A stretch of 63,556 nucleotides of DNA from assembly GCA_001791745.1 (NCBI GenBank), contig MGFG01000009.1, positions 5,175-68,730 on the forward strand. Direction: 5' to 3'. Below the pieces are notes generated by a model. It saw only the letters and a program-made list of their open reading frames with translations, had not been told where the DNA came from and made no database searches. Source of the stretch: Candidatus Uhrbacteria bacterium RIFOXYC2_FULL_47_19. Its GTDB lineage: Bacteria > Patescibacteriota > Patescibacteriia > SG8-24. Below, in pieces: positions 1 through 10,800 of this stretch. Each line of letters opens with the position of its first letter. The stretch's first letter is position 1. A program made the position numbers and the translations under genes.

Positions 1-2315
<2,315 letters not shown>

Positions 2316-2460
2316 CTTACCACTGAAATACGGAAATGTTTTTTGCAAGTTGCACGTTGTCTGCATTGAATAAGATCCTCCTTTGCTAAAGCTTTAGAGG
2401 ATTTTCATCTATTGGAAATCGCTAAAGCGATTAAGAATATAGGTGATAAAGAGTGCGGAG

Positions 2461-2580
<120 letters not shown>

Positions 2581-2757
2581 CCTCGCACTTTTTGTTTTTT
2601 CGTCTAGTTTTAGCGAAATTTTGGCATGGATGGACGGTAAGATAGACCTCGAGTGAATCATGTCGTACCACTCATCAACCTTGACCTTGTTTTGTTTCTG
2701 GGTTATTCTGCTTTGTTGCCTGAGCTGATTCGGGCACACAATAGGAGGGTTGGAGTG

Positions 2758-2946
2758 ATGGCTGACATCATTGTTCGGGTAATCAGGAGACTAGAAGAGG
2801 AAAATATTTTTCCACGATCATCAACCAGGTCGGATATCGTGCCGCCATGGGCGAACGACGGGTTGTGGATGATTGGAACGAATGAGGTAACGACGAGTTC
2901 ATTGCATGATCCGGATGGCCTGGAGAGTGCAAGTGAGGGAGAATGA
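2758..2946 (+). CDS. small hypothetical protein (62 aa)
   Basis: ATG at 2758 preceded by AGGAGGGTTGGAGTG (Shine-Dalgarno, SD). Its stop TGA lies 1 nt before the next ATG (2948). The pair shares a terminator at 3214-3246. No recognisable motif. Confidence 0.4.
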   Translation: MADIIVRVIRRLEEENIFPRSSTRSDIVPPWANDGLWMIGTNEVTTSSLHDPDGLESASEGE

Positions 2947-2947
2947 G

Positions 2948-3184
2948 ATGGCTAACAACGGAATAAGGGTGTCACCAGCCGTAGCTCTAGAAGAGCTACG
3001 GCGATCCCCTGACAGCAGTACTTTTCGTCAATTTGGCGACCTGGTCGTTAATGACGGATCGGTGGTAGGCAGTCTCGGTCTTAACCCGGAAGATGTAGAA
3101 GGTCTTCGGCGACTAGCTATCGGGACGGAGATTAGGCGGGCACTGGTCGGTTTGACCAGAAGATCGGCTAAGATCTTCGGCTAG
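2948..3184 (+). CDS. small hypothetical protein (78 aa)
   Basis: ATG at 2948 preceded by GAGGGAGAATGAG and translationally coupled to the upstream small ORF. Followed by a rho-independent terminator. Confidence 0.4.
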   Translation: MANNGIRVSPAVALEELRRSPDSSTFRQFGDLVVNDGSVVGSLGLNPEDVEGLRRLAIGTEIRRALVGLTRRSAKIFG

Positions 3185-3213
3185 GCTAGATGGTAGTGAA
3201 AAACCTAGCTTTA

Positions 3214-3246
3214 GATCGAACATCTTATATGTTCGGTCTTTTTTTG
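3214..3246 (+). terminator. rho-independent terminator
   Basis: GATCGAACAT / ATGTTCGGTC 10-bp stem (one G-U), loop CTTAT, then TTTTTTT. Confidence 0.7.
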
Positions 3247-3338
3247 TTGGCTTATTTTGCTCTGGCTTTTGAGTCCGGCCTCATGGTAACCTCTCAGTAG
3301 AATAGATATAGCGGAAAGACTCATATTTAAGAGGGGTT

Positions 3339-4130
3339 ATGGAAATACCGCATATACTTCGTCGGTTAGGGTTCAGTGATCAGGAAATAAGGGTCTATTT
3401 AGCCTTACTGTCTAGTGGGGCCAGTTCCTTTAAGAGAATTTCTCAGGATACTGGTCTTAATCGCAGTACGGTTCAGGATGCTCTGAAGACACTCGGGGAC
3501 ATTGGTCTTACTAGTTCGTTTCAGCGACACAAAAAACAATACTTTTTAGCTGAGAATCCAGACAAACTGATGGAAGTGGTCGAGCAGCGAGAGAGGGGAT
3601 TGATTGATCTAAAACGTCGTATTAGCGAAGTATTGCCGGAACTTAGATCGATTTATTCTGATGGGACTGAACGACCAGCAGTTAAATATTATGAAGGAAT
3701 GAAGGGTGTAGAGATCATCCTTAAGGATATTTTATCTACCGTTTCCGAAGAGTCAGTTAACCGTCTTTGTCGTGTCTTCACTACTGCACAGCTTCGACAG
3801 TTTCTTTATCAAAATTTTCCTTTCTTTACGAAAGAGAGAGTAGCCAGAGAAATTCGAGTTAAAGCGTTGGTTGTAGGTGAAGACTCAGAAATGCGACCAC
3901 TTTATGAACAACGGACGATTTTTTCTGATAATCCACCAGCCTCCTGTTCATTTATCTATGGTAAGAAGGTAGCCCTGATTTCGGTTGATGATCACGATTC
4001 ACCAAGTGGTATATTGATTGACAATCCACGAATTGCGTTTATGCAAAGTACAGTCTTTGATCATATCTGGGGACAGCCAGTTGAAAGGCGTCGGATGGTC
4101 ATGGCCGCAGCGATCGAGGAACATATGTAG
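3339..4130 (+). CDS. TrmB-family winged-helix transcriptional regulator
   Basis: N-terminal HTH resembles TrmB-type regulators: LGFSDQEIRVYLALLSSGASSFKRISQDTGLNRSTVQDALKTLGDIGL. Long C-terminal domain, 263 aa. Confidence 0.7.
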   Translation: MEIPHILRRLGFSDQEIRVYLALLSSGASSFKRISQDTGLNRSTVQDALKTLGDIGLTSSFQRHKKQYFLAENPDKLMEVVEQRERGLIDLKRRISEVLPELRSIYSDGTERPAVKYYEGMKGVEIILKDILSTVSEESVNRLCRVFTTAQLRQFLYQNFPFFTKERVAREIRVKALVVGEDSEMRPLYEQRTIFSDNPPASCSFIYGKKVALISVDDHDSPSGILIDNPRIAFMQSTVFDHIWGQPVERRRMVMAAAIEEHM

Positions 4131-4151
4131 TTTTTTGAGCGCTAGATTTTT

Positions 4152-5453
4152 ATGCGATATATTGTTGATCTTCACGTCCACTCTAGGTATTCACGCTCTT
4201 GTTCGAAGAATCTGACTTTATCGAACATGTCGACTTGGGCGAGAGCTAAGGGTATAGACGTATTGGCCACATCGGACTTCACTCATCCGGCTTGGCTTAA
4301 GGAAATTGAGACTAAACTTGAGCCGGCCGAGAACGGTCTTTTTTCATTACGGAAAAATTTTGTGTCTGAGGATGGAGGTGGTAATTATGATGCAGCTCCT
4401 CAGGCAAAAGATAAACGAGACATGCGTTTCATACTTTCGACAGAGTTATGTTGTATCTATAAAAAAAGCGGACGTGTTCGTCGTCTTCATTTGGTTGTAC
4501 TGTCGCCGACTGTTGCGGCCGTAAAGTCGATCGTTAGTAATCTGGAGGGAATGGGTAAGAATTTAAAATCCGATGGTCGACCCATCTTAGGACTCGATGC
4601 CAAAGAAATAGTAAAGATGGCTCTTGAAGCCGATGAACGCTGCGAAGTTATACCAGCTCATGCTTGGACTCCATGGTTTTCTATTTTTGGTTCACAGTCT
4701 GGATTTGATTCACTTGAAGAATGCTTTGATGAATTGACGCCATATATTCACGCTGTTGAGACTGGACTGTCTTCTGATCCACCCATGAACTGGCGACTTT
4801 CCGCACTGGATCGTCTAGTCCTAGTTTCAAACTCTGATGCACATGGTTTGAGAAATTTGGCCCGTGAAGCCAATGTCTTTGAGTTGGATTCATTGTCTTA
4901 TGATTCGATTCTTACACCAATTCGAGAAAGAGACGCTTCGAAGTTTGTTTATACGATTGAGTTCTTTCCAGAAGAAGGCAAGTACCATACTGACGGTCAT
5001 CGGAATTGCGGCTTTAGTTGTGATCCAGAACAGACAGAGCGTTTAGGTGGAAGATGTCCAAAGTGTGGCAAGCTATTAACTCGTGGTGTTTTAGGTCGAG
5101 TTCATGCATTAGCTGATCGTCAAATGGGTGATCGTCCGAATGGGGCACCAGACTTTAAACATGTGGTTCCACTTGAGGAGATAATCGCTGATACTTTTGG
5201 TCGGGGTAAAGCAACAAAGTCTGTTGGTCTGACTTATCGTGAATTACTTGAAAAACTTGGGCCGGAGTTTGATGTCTTGCTCGATGTGTCGACGTCGGAT
5301 ATAGCCGCTGTGGCTGGAGAGCGTATAGCTGAAGGTGTCAGTCGGGTACGCGACGAAAATGTTTTTGTCAATCCTGGTTTTGACGGACAGTACGGCACAG
5401 TCAAAGTTTTTCAAGATAGCGAAATTGTAACTCAGACACTTCTCGCTTTGTAG
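4152..5453 (+). CDS. endonuclease Q (EndoQ)-like PHP-domain nuclease with zinc ribbon
   Basis: Ordered EndoQ-like motifs: DLHVHSRYSRS (PHP), PAHAWTPWFS, LVSNSDAH, EGKYHTDGHRNC, CPKCGKLLTRGVLGRV (Zn ribbon), NPGFDGQYGTVKVF C-terminus. 433 aa, similar in size to archaeal EndoQ. Confidence 0.8.
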   Translation: MRYIVDLHVHSRYSRSCSKNLTLSNMSTWARAKGIDVLATSDFTHPAWLKEIETKLEPAENGLFSLRKNFVSEDGGGNYDAAPQAKDKRDMRFILSTELCCIYKKSGRVRRLHLVVLSPTVAAVKSIVSNLEGMGKNLKSDGRPILGLDAKEIVKMALEADERCEVIPAHAWTPWFSIFGSQSGFDSLEECFDELTPYIHAVETGLSSDPPMNWRLSALDRLVLVSNSDAHGLRNLAREANVFELDSLSYDSILTPIRERDASKFVYTIEFFPEEGKYHTDGHRNCGFSCDPEQTERLGGRCPKCGKLLTRGVLGRVHALADRQMGDRPNGAPDFKHVVPLEEIIADTFGRGKATKSVGLTYRELLEKLGPEFDVLLDVSTSDIAAVAGERIAEGVSRVRDENVFVNPGFDGQYGTVKVFQDSEIVTQTLLAL

Positions 5454-5516
5454 TTTAAGTTTGTTGTTAAAAACAAAACGTCCACCTAATGGTGGGCGCT
5501 TTGCTTTTCCAAAGTA

Positions 5517-5690
5517 CTACTTCCGCTTCTTGGCGGCCTTCCGCTTCTTGGCGGCCTTCCGCTTCGGAGCAGCTTTCTTCACTGCCTTCTTAGCGACCTT
5601 GCGCTTCGGAGCAGCTTTCTTCACTGCCTTCTTAGCGACCTTGCGCTTCGGAGCAGCTTTCTTCTTTATGACTTTTTTCTTTGCTGGCAT
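5517..5690 (-). CDS. histone H1-like / lysine-alanine-rich basic DNA-binding protein (57 aa)
   Basis: MPAKKKVIKKKAAPKRKVAKKAVKKAAPKRKVAKKAVKK... The ATG at 5690 is preceded by GGAGGAGGTGA. Contains internal tandem DNA repeats. The longer GTG start in the track is less likely. Confidence 0.75.
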   Translation of the reverse strand: MPAKKKVIKKKAAPKRKVAKKAVKKAAPKRKVAKKAVKKAAPKRKAAKKRKAAKKRK

Positions 5691-5772
5691 TTTTATCACC
5701 TCCTCCTTTTACGAGGCGTACGAAGAGCTGTCGCACGTAACTCGTTAGTGATAACTTTACGCTCTTACGAAA

Positions 5773-5801
5773 AGTATACATACAACGTTTCACCTATGCA
5801 A
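5773..5801 (-). promoter_or_regulatory. sigma70-like promoter for the H1-like gene
   Basis: Minus strand reads TTGCAT, a 17-nt spacer, then TATACT, about 75 nt upstream of the ATG. AT-tract-rich DNA lies upstream. Confidence 0.45.
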
Positions 5802-5920
5802 TGTTTTTTCAATAAATTTTTTTTGTTAGAAATTTTTTTAATGCGTTTTTTAAAAATTTTTTCATCGACAAAAATTCTGACGCACTTTTTTGATTGCAAG
5901 AAAATATTTTTTGAAATTTA

Positions 5921-5992
5921 AAAAAGAGACCGGAGTAGTTTCGGTCTCATGATTATTGTTGGAAAAGAAACCCCCGGACGTAAGCCCGGGGA
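5921..5992 (-). terminator. two tandem hairpins terminating the 5996-6304 gene
   Basis: CCCCGG(N8)CCGGGG at 5971-5992. GAGACCG(N9)CGGTCTC at 5926-5948 is followed on the minus strand by TTTTTT. Confidence 0.6.
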
Positions 5993-5995
5993 GTA

Positions 5996-6304
5996 TTATT
6001 GCACGGTCGGACTTTTGATGACGTAAAACGTCATTATGTTTTTTCGGGTCTCACCAATTCTTACGCATTGACTGCACCAGTCAATAGCCATGGTTACACC
6101 GCATGAATCATCATCAGGGAGTAGGTGTCCATCTCCCGTCTCGGTGATACTGCGTCGCAGTATAGCCCTATTTGTTTCACGTCGTGCCTTGCAGTTACGG
6201 CAGACAAGTACTGTACGCCCAACCCCTGCGCACAATTCACAAAGGAACTGGCCACTGACTTCTCCTGGGTTGCCACAGGCTGTACAGTACCCTCGGACTT
6301 CCAT
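5996..6304 (-). CDS. Cys-rich zinc-ribbon-type small protein, hypothetical (102 aa)
   Basis: ATG at 6304 preceded by GGAGGCTAAA. Several CxxC pairs (CTAC, CELC, CRNC, CSQC). Confidence 0.55.
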   Translation of the reverse strand: MEVRGYCTACGNPGEVSGQFLCELCAGVGRTVLVCRNCKARRETNRAILRRSITETGDGHLLPDDDSCGVTMAIDWCSQCVRIGETRKNIMTFYVIKSPTVQ

Positions 6305-6349
6305 TTTAGCCTCCGGTTCTGGCAAGTAGGTAGGTTAACACATGCGTGT

Positions 6350-6982
6350 TTATAGATCAACCCCAGCTTCCGGCTGGTCCGATCCGAACAGTCTTTTTCT
6401 TAATTCGGCATTTTCTTGTCCACTTTTCTTATTAATCTGTTCTAAAAGGTTAGCTGTTGCCAGTTTGCCAATTTTTTCGATTTCTTTTAAGTATTTTTCT
6501 TCACTTGTTTTACCATTGGTCGGGTCTGACAATTCACCAATAATTAGATCAGCCTTATGTCCGAAATTTTGTTTGTCTTGATTTAGAGTTACATCGATGG
6601 TACATATATACTCTTTTCCTTGAAGGGTCACCGTTAGGAAGGCATCAATACCATGCAGATAATCAAGTGGTGTGCCGACAGCTGTGAAGGCTTTAACTTT
6701 AGCTTGAATATTATTATTCTCTAGTCCATCTTGCACTTCAATAAGCAGATCCTTAAAGAATGGTCTGCTTGGATTTTCCGGATCTCCAGGTTGGCTCTCC
6801 TTAACTAAACTGATAGCTCGATTACGGTCGAGATAATTCGGTTTACTGCTGCCGTCACTAAGTTTGGAGAGTAGTCTTTTGTACTTTGGATCTTTAGTAT
6901 CGATTTCTCCCAACATGAGAAATTCAAAGGTTCGTCCGGTTTCTCCATAATTCCTTTTTTCGTCTGAATTTAACCCTTCCAT
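6350..6982 (-). CDS. hypothetical protein (210 aa)
   Basis: Long ORF with ordinary composition and no competing ORF. No motif recognised. Confidence 0.5.
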   Translation of the reverse strand: MEGLNSDEKRNYGETGRTFEFLMLGEIDTKDPKYKRLLSKLSDGSSKPNYLDRNRAISLVKESQPGDPENPSRPFFKDLLIEVQDGLENNNIQAKVKAFTAVGTPLDYLHGIDAFLTVTLQGKEYICTIDVTLNQDKQNFGHKADLIIGELSDPTNGKTSEEKYLKEIEKIGKLATANLLEQINKKSGQENAELRKRLFGSDQPEAGVDL

Positions 6983-7049
6983 ATTTGTATGACTTATTAC
7001 AGCATCTTGATTTATATTATCTGACCTAGTATACTCCTTCCGGTTATAT

Positions 7050-7125
7050 GGGCCCGTAGCTCAGCTGGTAGAGCAACGCCTTTGCAAGGCGGAGGTCAGG
7101 AGTTCGAATCTCCTCGGGTCCACCA
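7050..7125 (+). tRNA. tRNA-Ala (anticodon TGC), CCA encoded
   Basis: Cloverleaf folds by hand: acceptor GGGCCCG/CGGGTCC with the G3:U70 Ala identity pair, anticodon loop TTTGCAA, T-loop TTCGAAT, 76 nt. Confidence 0.95.
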
Positions 7126-7193
7126 CCTCACTCGATTAGGTCTAAGCTCTCTAAAGAGCAGACTCGACCAATGTTAGGGTATTAGTGTTTAGG

Positions 7194-7622
7194 ATGTCCA
7201 TGCAGGGTGTATATCAAACTTTTTATTTTGGAGTCAATGTTCTTCTTGTAAGGGATAGTCGACTTTTATTGGGAAAGAGGAAGAACATTTATAGTGCTGG
7301 CACTTGGGGCCTGCTGGGCGGTCATCTTGAGCAAGGAGAAGTACTAGAGGATGCAGCAAAGTGAGAGTTAATGGAAGAGACTGGGTTGAAAGCGAATGAT
7401 CTAGAGTTTTCAAATATTGTTAATGATCGAAGTAGTGACCAAAATCGTTTACAAATTGGATTCATTATTAAGAGTATTAAAGGCGAGCCTGTATTGAATG
7501 AACCCGATCGGTGCGAAGAATGGAAATGGTTTGATTTTAGTGAATTACCGTCGGAGCTTTTTCCGCCACATGTCAGACAGATAGCGAACTTCCTCGACGG
7601 TTCGAACTTCGCCGATGCTTAA
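7194..7622 (+). pseudogene. NUDIX hydrolase interrupted by one in-frame TGA (7362-7364)
   Basis: The frame from ATG 7194/7200 reads ...GGHLEQGEVLEDAAK*ELMEETGL. This is a perfect NUDIX box GX5EX7REUXEEXGU with TGA in place of the conserved Arg. The downstream frame continues to 7622. Confidence 0.75.
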
Positions 7623-8215
7623 TGGATATGCAAATCGAACGTCCGAAATCCAAACAGCCGATTCCAGATAACGCTAGACGTGTTTTTGATGGTGTGATTT
7701 TTGATGTTAATCAATGGGAACAGGAACTTTTTGACGGCACCAAAACAACCTTTGAGAAGTTGAGGCGACCAGATACAGTTGTCGTGTTTCCTGTTTTAGA
7801 CGACGGTCGGATCGTTCTAACCGAACAGGAACAACCAGGCAAAGAACCGTTCATTGGGGCCACTGGTGGTCGGGTCGACAAGGGGGAGGGGGTATTGGAG
7901 GCAGCTAAAAGAGAGTTATTGGAAGAAAGTGGATACGAGGCTAGCAGATTTTATTTATGGGACACCCAACAACCAATCAGTAAGATTGATTGGACTGTCT
8001 TTATTTTTATAGCCAAGGGGTTGAGACGGGTTGCTGAGTTATCGCTGGACGCTGGAGAGCGTATCGAAATGAAGCCTGTATCGTTCGATGAGTTTGTCGA
8101 AATAGGATTATCTGAATGTTTTGGCGAGAAGGAGATTACTCCCAAGCTGTACGAGGCCAAGTTGGACCCGAATAAGATGGCTGAACTAAGGAAACTGTTT
8201 GATCCTAGGTCTTGA
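7622..8215 (+). CDS. NUDIX hydrolase (ADP-ribose pyrophosphatase-like)
   Basis: Intact NUDIX box GGRVDKGEGVLEAAKRELLEESGY. The start overlaps the upstream stop (TAATG). Confidence 0.8.
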   Translation: MDMQIERPKSKQPIPDNARRVFDGVIFDVNQWEQELFDGTKTTFEKLRRPDTVVVFPVLDDGRIVLTEQEQPGKEPFIGATGGRVDKGEGVLEAAKRELLEESGYEASRFYLWDTQQPISKIDWTVFIFIAKGLRRVAELSLDAGERIEMKPVSFDEFVEIGLSECFGEKEITPKLYEAKLDPNKMAELRKLFDPRS

Positions 8216-8250
8216 GTTGAGACAAATTGTTTGATATTTTGATGAATCTA

Positions 8251-8280
8251 AAACTCCGGTTTGAAGCCGGAGTTTTATAT
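8251..8280. terminator. bidirectional rho-independent terminator
   Basis: AAACTCCGG / CCGGAGTTT 9-bp stem flanked by A- and T-runs, between convergent genes. Confidence 0.7.
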
Positions 8281-8312
8281 AAAGGTTATCCCCGATTTAG
8301 TATTAACCTATC

Positions 8313-9278
8313 TTAGCTCCAGGGCCTGATGACGACCTGAGTAATTTCGTTCTTAGTGGGAAATTTTTCTAGTAGTCCGCTTTTGGCCCCGGTCTGTTGT
8401 ACTAGTCCAGCAGCGTTTAGCATGCCAACCGCGAGCGCTGGTTGTATTCCATTAAGCTTCATGAGTCCAGCGACGAAACCAGATCCAAAAGCATCACCGG
8501 CGCCAGTGGTGTTAATTCGTGGTACATCTACAATTTCACAGTGCCAGTTGTCGGCATTTTCCGTGGCGTAAGCTCCACCTAGTCCGTCAGTCATAAGTAG
8601 CGTCATTTTTGGTAGATTTCTCAATTTAGCCATTATTCCGGACAGATCTGTTTGGTCTAGTCCAGCCAATTCTGCTGCTTCTTCACGATTGAGATTTAAA
8701 ATATCGATTCGTCTCAGCAGCGGTTCGAGTTTAGCAAAACCGAACTTCAATTCGGTGTTGCCGGGATTGAAGGAGATTTTGGCACCTACAGCCTCTGCCT
8801 GATCGAGAATTCGCTCCAGTAGATCCAGGTCACCACCTAACGACGTGACGTAGAACCATTTAGCTTTGAGTTTAGGCCAAGGAATCTTGTTAATATCAAT
8901 TTTGCTGGCCGCACCTCGATGCACGAGAATGGTTCGCTCGCCACTGCCGGCCAGAATGATCACCGAGTAACCAGTCAAGTCGTCCTCAGTCTGTTGTATG
9001 AATTTGATTGATATATCGTCTGCCCTAAGAGTACTGACAATTTCTTGACCCTGAACATCACGTCCAACTGAACAGATTGTTGCTGTATTAAAACCAAGTC
9101 GCGAAAGCGTGGCTGCAGCGTTGGTTGCTCCTCCACCAGTACTGAACTCTAATTCGTCGATATCTATTTTTGCGCCTATTGGTAGACAAGTTTCGGTTTT
9201 TAATTCGTTTGCCTCCAATGAAGCGCTTCTAATAAATACGTCGTAGGTTGCTGATCCGATTGTGATTACATCGAACAT
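8313..9278 (-). CDS. PfkB-family carbohydrate kinase (ribokinase/phosphofructokinase-B-like)
   Basis: C-terminal PfkB signature NTTGAGDAFGSGFVAG, N-terminal GGGATNAA, 321 aa. Confidence 0.8.
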   Translation of the reverse strand: MFDVITIGSATYDVFIRSASLEANELKTETCLPIGAKIDIDELEFSTGGGATNAAATLSRLGFNTATICSVGRDVQGQEIVSTLRADDISIKFIQQTEDDLTGYSVIILAGSGERTILVHRGAASKIDINKIPWPKLKAKWFYVTSLGGDLDLLERILDQAEAVGAKISFNPGNTELKFGFAKLEPLLRRIDILNLNREEAAELAGLDQTDLSGIMAKLRNLPKMTLLMTDGLGGAYATENADNWHCEIVDVPRINTTGAGDAFGSGFVAGLMKLNGIQPALAVGMLNAAGLVQQTGAKSGLLEKFPTKNEITQVVIRPWS

Positions 9279-9283
9279 GGGAA

Positions 9284-9559
9284 TCAGATTAAGTCGAGCT
9301 TAATAACAGCATATTCTCTGAAGGTCAATATTTTTTTGATCCAATCATCTGTCAGTTCGTTCAAGTATGGATGTTCTTTTATGTCTTTAAAGATGTCGAT
9401 TTGTGACACTCTAACTCGGCGATTCAGTGGGGTATCGAGCACATAACCAACTTCATACTTTTTTGCCTCGTCTGAGACTCGGGTCGTGTAGGCGAAACCA
9501 AAATGTTCTAATTGCTGCTGGATGGAAGCATGTTCTTCCGGCGGAAAGTCAATTCGCAT
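9284..9559 (-). CDS. hypothetical protein (91 aa)
   Basis: ORF packed tightly between the neighbouring genes on the same strand. No motif recognised. Confidence 0.45.
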   Translation of the reverse strand: MRIDFPPEEHASIQQQLEHFGFAYTTRVSDEAKKYEVGYVLDTPLNRRVRVSQIDIFKDIKEHPYLNELTDDWIKKILTFREYAVIKLDLI

Positions 9560-9588
9560 GTTGATTGTGATTAGCAGAGTAGTTTTTG

Positions 9589-10794
9589 CTACTCCCCAAT
9601 TCTTTTAAGGATTCTAATGGTACCGTTTTCCAGCAGTATCTCTACCAAATCGCCGTTTCGCAAGACCCGGGTTGCTGTTTTGGTGCCGACTATACATGGC
9701 TTTTTCATCTCGCGGGCGACGATAGCTGCGTGACAAGTGAGCCCGCCTTCATCAGTAATAATCGCTTTAACTTGTTTGAGATAGGGGATGTAGTGCGGTG
9801 TGGTTTGTTCAGCAATTATGATTTTATTATCGGCTTTATTTCCAATCTGATCGAGTTCTGACTTGTTCCTAACAATTATCACTTCTCCAGTAACACTGCC
9901 GGATGAACCATAAGCGATTTGTCCGGTTAGTTCAGTTTTGTTCTTTTGGGTGTCCGATTCATGAGTCTGAGCTGTGAAGTGAGCTGTAATCTCTTTGACT
10001 GCTGGATCGTCACCACTCAGGACTGTTTCCGGCATTCCTTTAATATCCAAGAAAACGTAGCTGTGCTCACTTCGGTCCTTAACTGTTTCGACTATTATTT
10101 GATCGGTTATTTTTTCTTCCAGCCAGGATATAGCTTCGCTGATCGTCAGGAAGCCCAGTAGTGCTGTTGGCTCTAGGTTGATTTTCTCCTTGAGGATGTA
10201 TTTGAAAAAATGATACAGGTTGTTATCTAGCAACTCTTCTTTGAACGCTACTGAATTGCGCCAGGTGTCATGTTGTTGTAAGGCAAGCCGGGCTTCAGAT
10301 TTAGGATTAGTTTGTTCAGATAGTTTAAGTCCGAGAGAAAAAATCAGTATGAATTCTGCACCAGCTTCTCTATATAGATTGATCAACTCTTTGAAGATCT
10401 CGGTTGCTTTTCCTCGATCATTACAACTAATGGCCTTGATTAGCTGCGTACCAGCCACTGTCATTTGTTCATAAAGTTGGTCGCTTCGAGCGATGTGCTC
10501 GGAGAGTAGGTTTGGATTTTTAACTACTTTACTTTCAGAGATTGTGTGAAATCTCTTGGCTTGCTCCAGATTAATGATCCGCACTGTTCGACCATCTATC
10601 GGCACCAGCATTGAATCGGCAAATCTATCACCCCAATCCGGTCCGATGTGCTTCCGATAGCCGTCGGTCCTGGCTGTATAGAAAAGGAGTGAACTGTCAG
10701 ATCGAACACCCAACATCCATCTTTGACCTTTAATGTGGTCGATTATGGATTTTTGTTCAAACCGGTGATTGGGTCGATTCATCATGTCGTACAT
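9589..10794 (-). CDS. protein with a C-terminal PEP-utilising-enzyme mobile (swivel phosphohistidine) domain
   Basis: C-terminus ...AIITDEGGLTCHAAIVAREMKKPCIVG matches the PEP-utilisers phosphohistidine signature. The ~300 aa N-terminal part is unassigned. No ATP-grasp or PEP-binding barrel is seen. Confidence 0.7.
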   Translation of the reverse strand: MYDMMNRPNHRFEQKSIIDHIKGQRWMLGVRSDSSLLFYTARTDGYRKHIGPDWGDRFADSMLVPIDGRTVRIINLEQAKRFHTISESKVVKNPNLLSEHIARSDQLYEQMTVAGTQLIKAISCNDRGKATEIFKELINLYREAGAEFILIFSLGLKLSEQTNPKSEARLALQQHDTWRNSVAFKEELLDNNLYHFFKYILKEKINLEPTALLGFLTISEAISWLEEKITDQIIVETVKDRSEHSYVFLDIKGMPETVLSGDDPAVKEITAHFTAQTHESDTQKNKTELTGQIAYGSSGSVTGEVIIVRNKSELDQIGNKADNKIIIAEQTTPHYIPYLKQVKAIITDEGGLTCHAAIVAREMKKPCIVGTKTATRVLRNGDLVEILLENGTIRILKRIGE

Positions 10795-10800
10795 GTGGTG

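Noticed and set aside
5461-5748. 95-aa plus-strand ORF (FLAAFRFGAAFFTAF...).
   Set aside because: It is the antisense reading of the KA-rich H1-like gene. The minus-strand gene has an SD, a promoter and a sensible product; the plus-strand ORF has none of these.
7362-7364. Alternative genetic code or stop-codon reassignment as the explanation for the in-frame TGA (NUDIX) and TAA (22010-22012).
   Set aside because: TGA, TAA and TAG all terminate well-conserved genes at the expected C-termini in this window (ruvA, uvrA and FemAB end in TGA; ileS and EndoQ in TAG). The TGA replaces Arg, not Gly or Trp as in known reassignments. Point nonsense mutations or consensus errors are more parsimonious.
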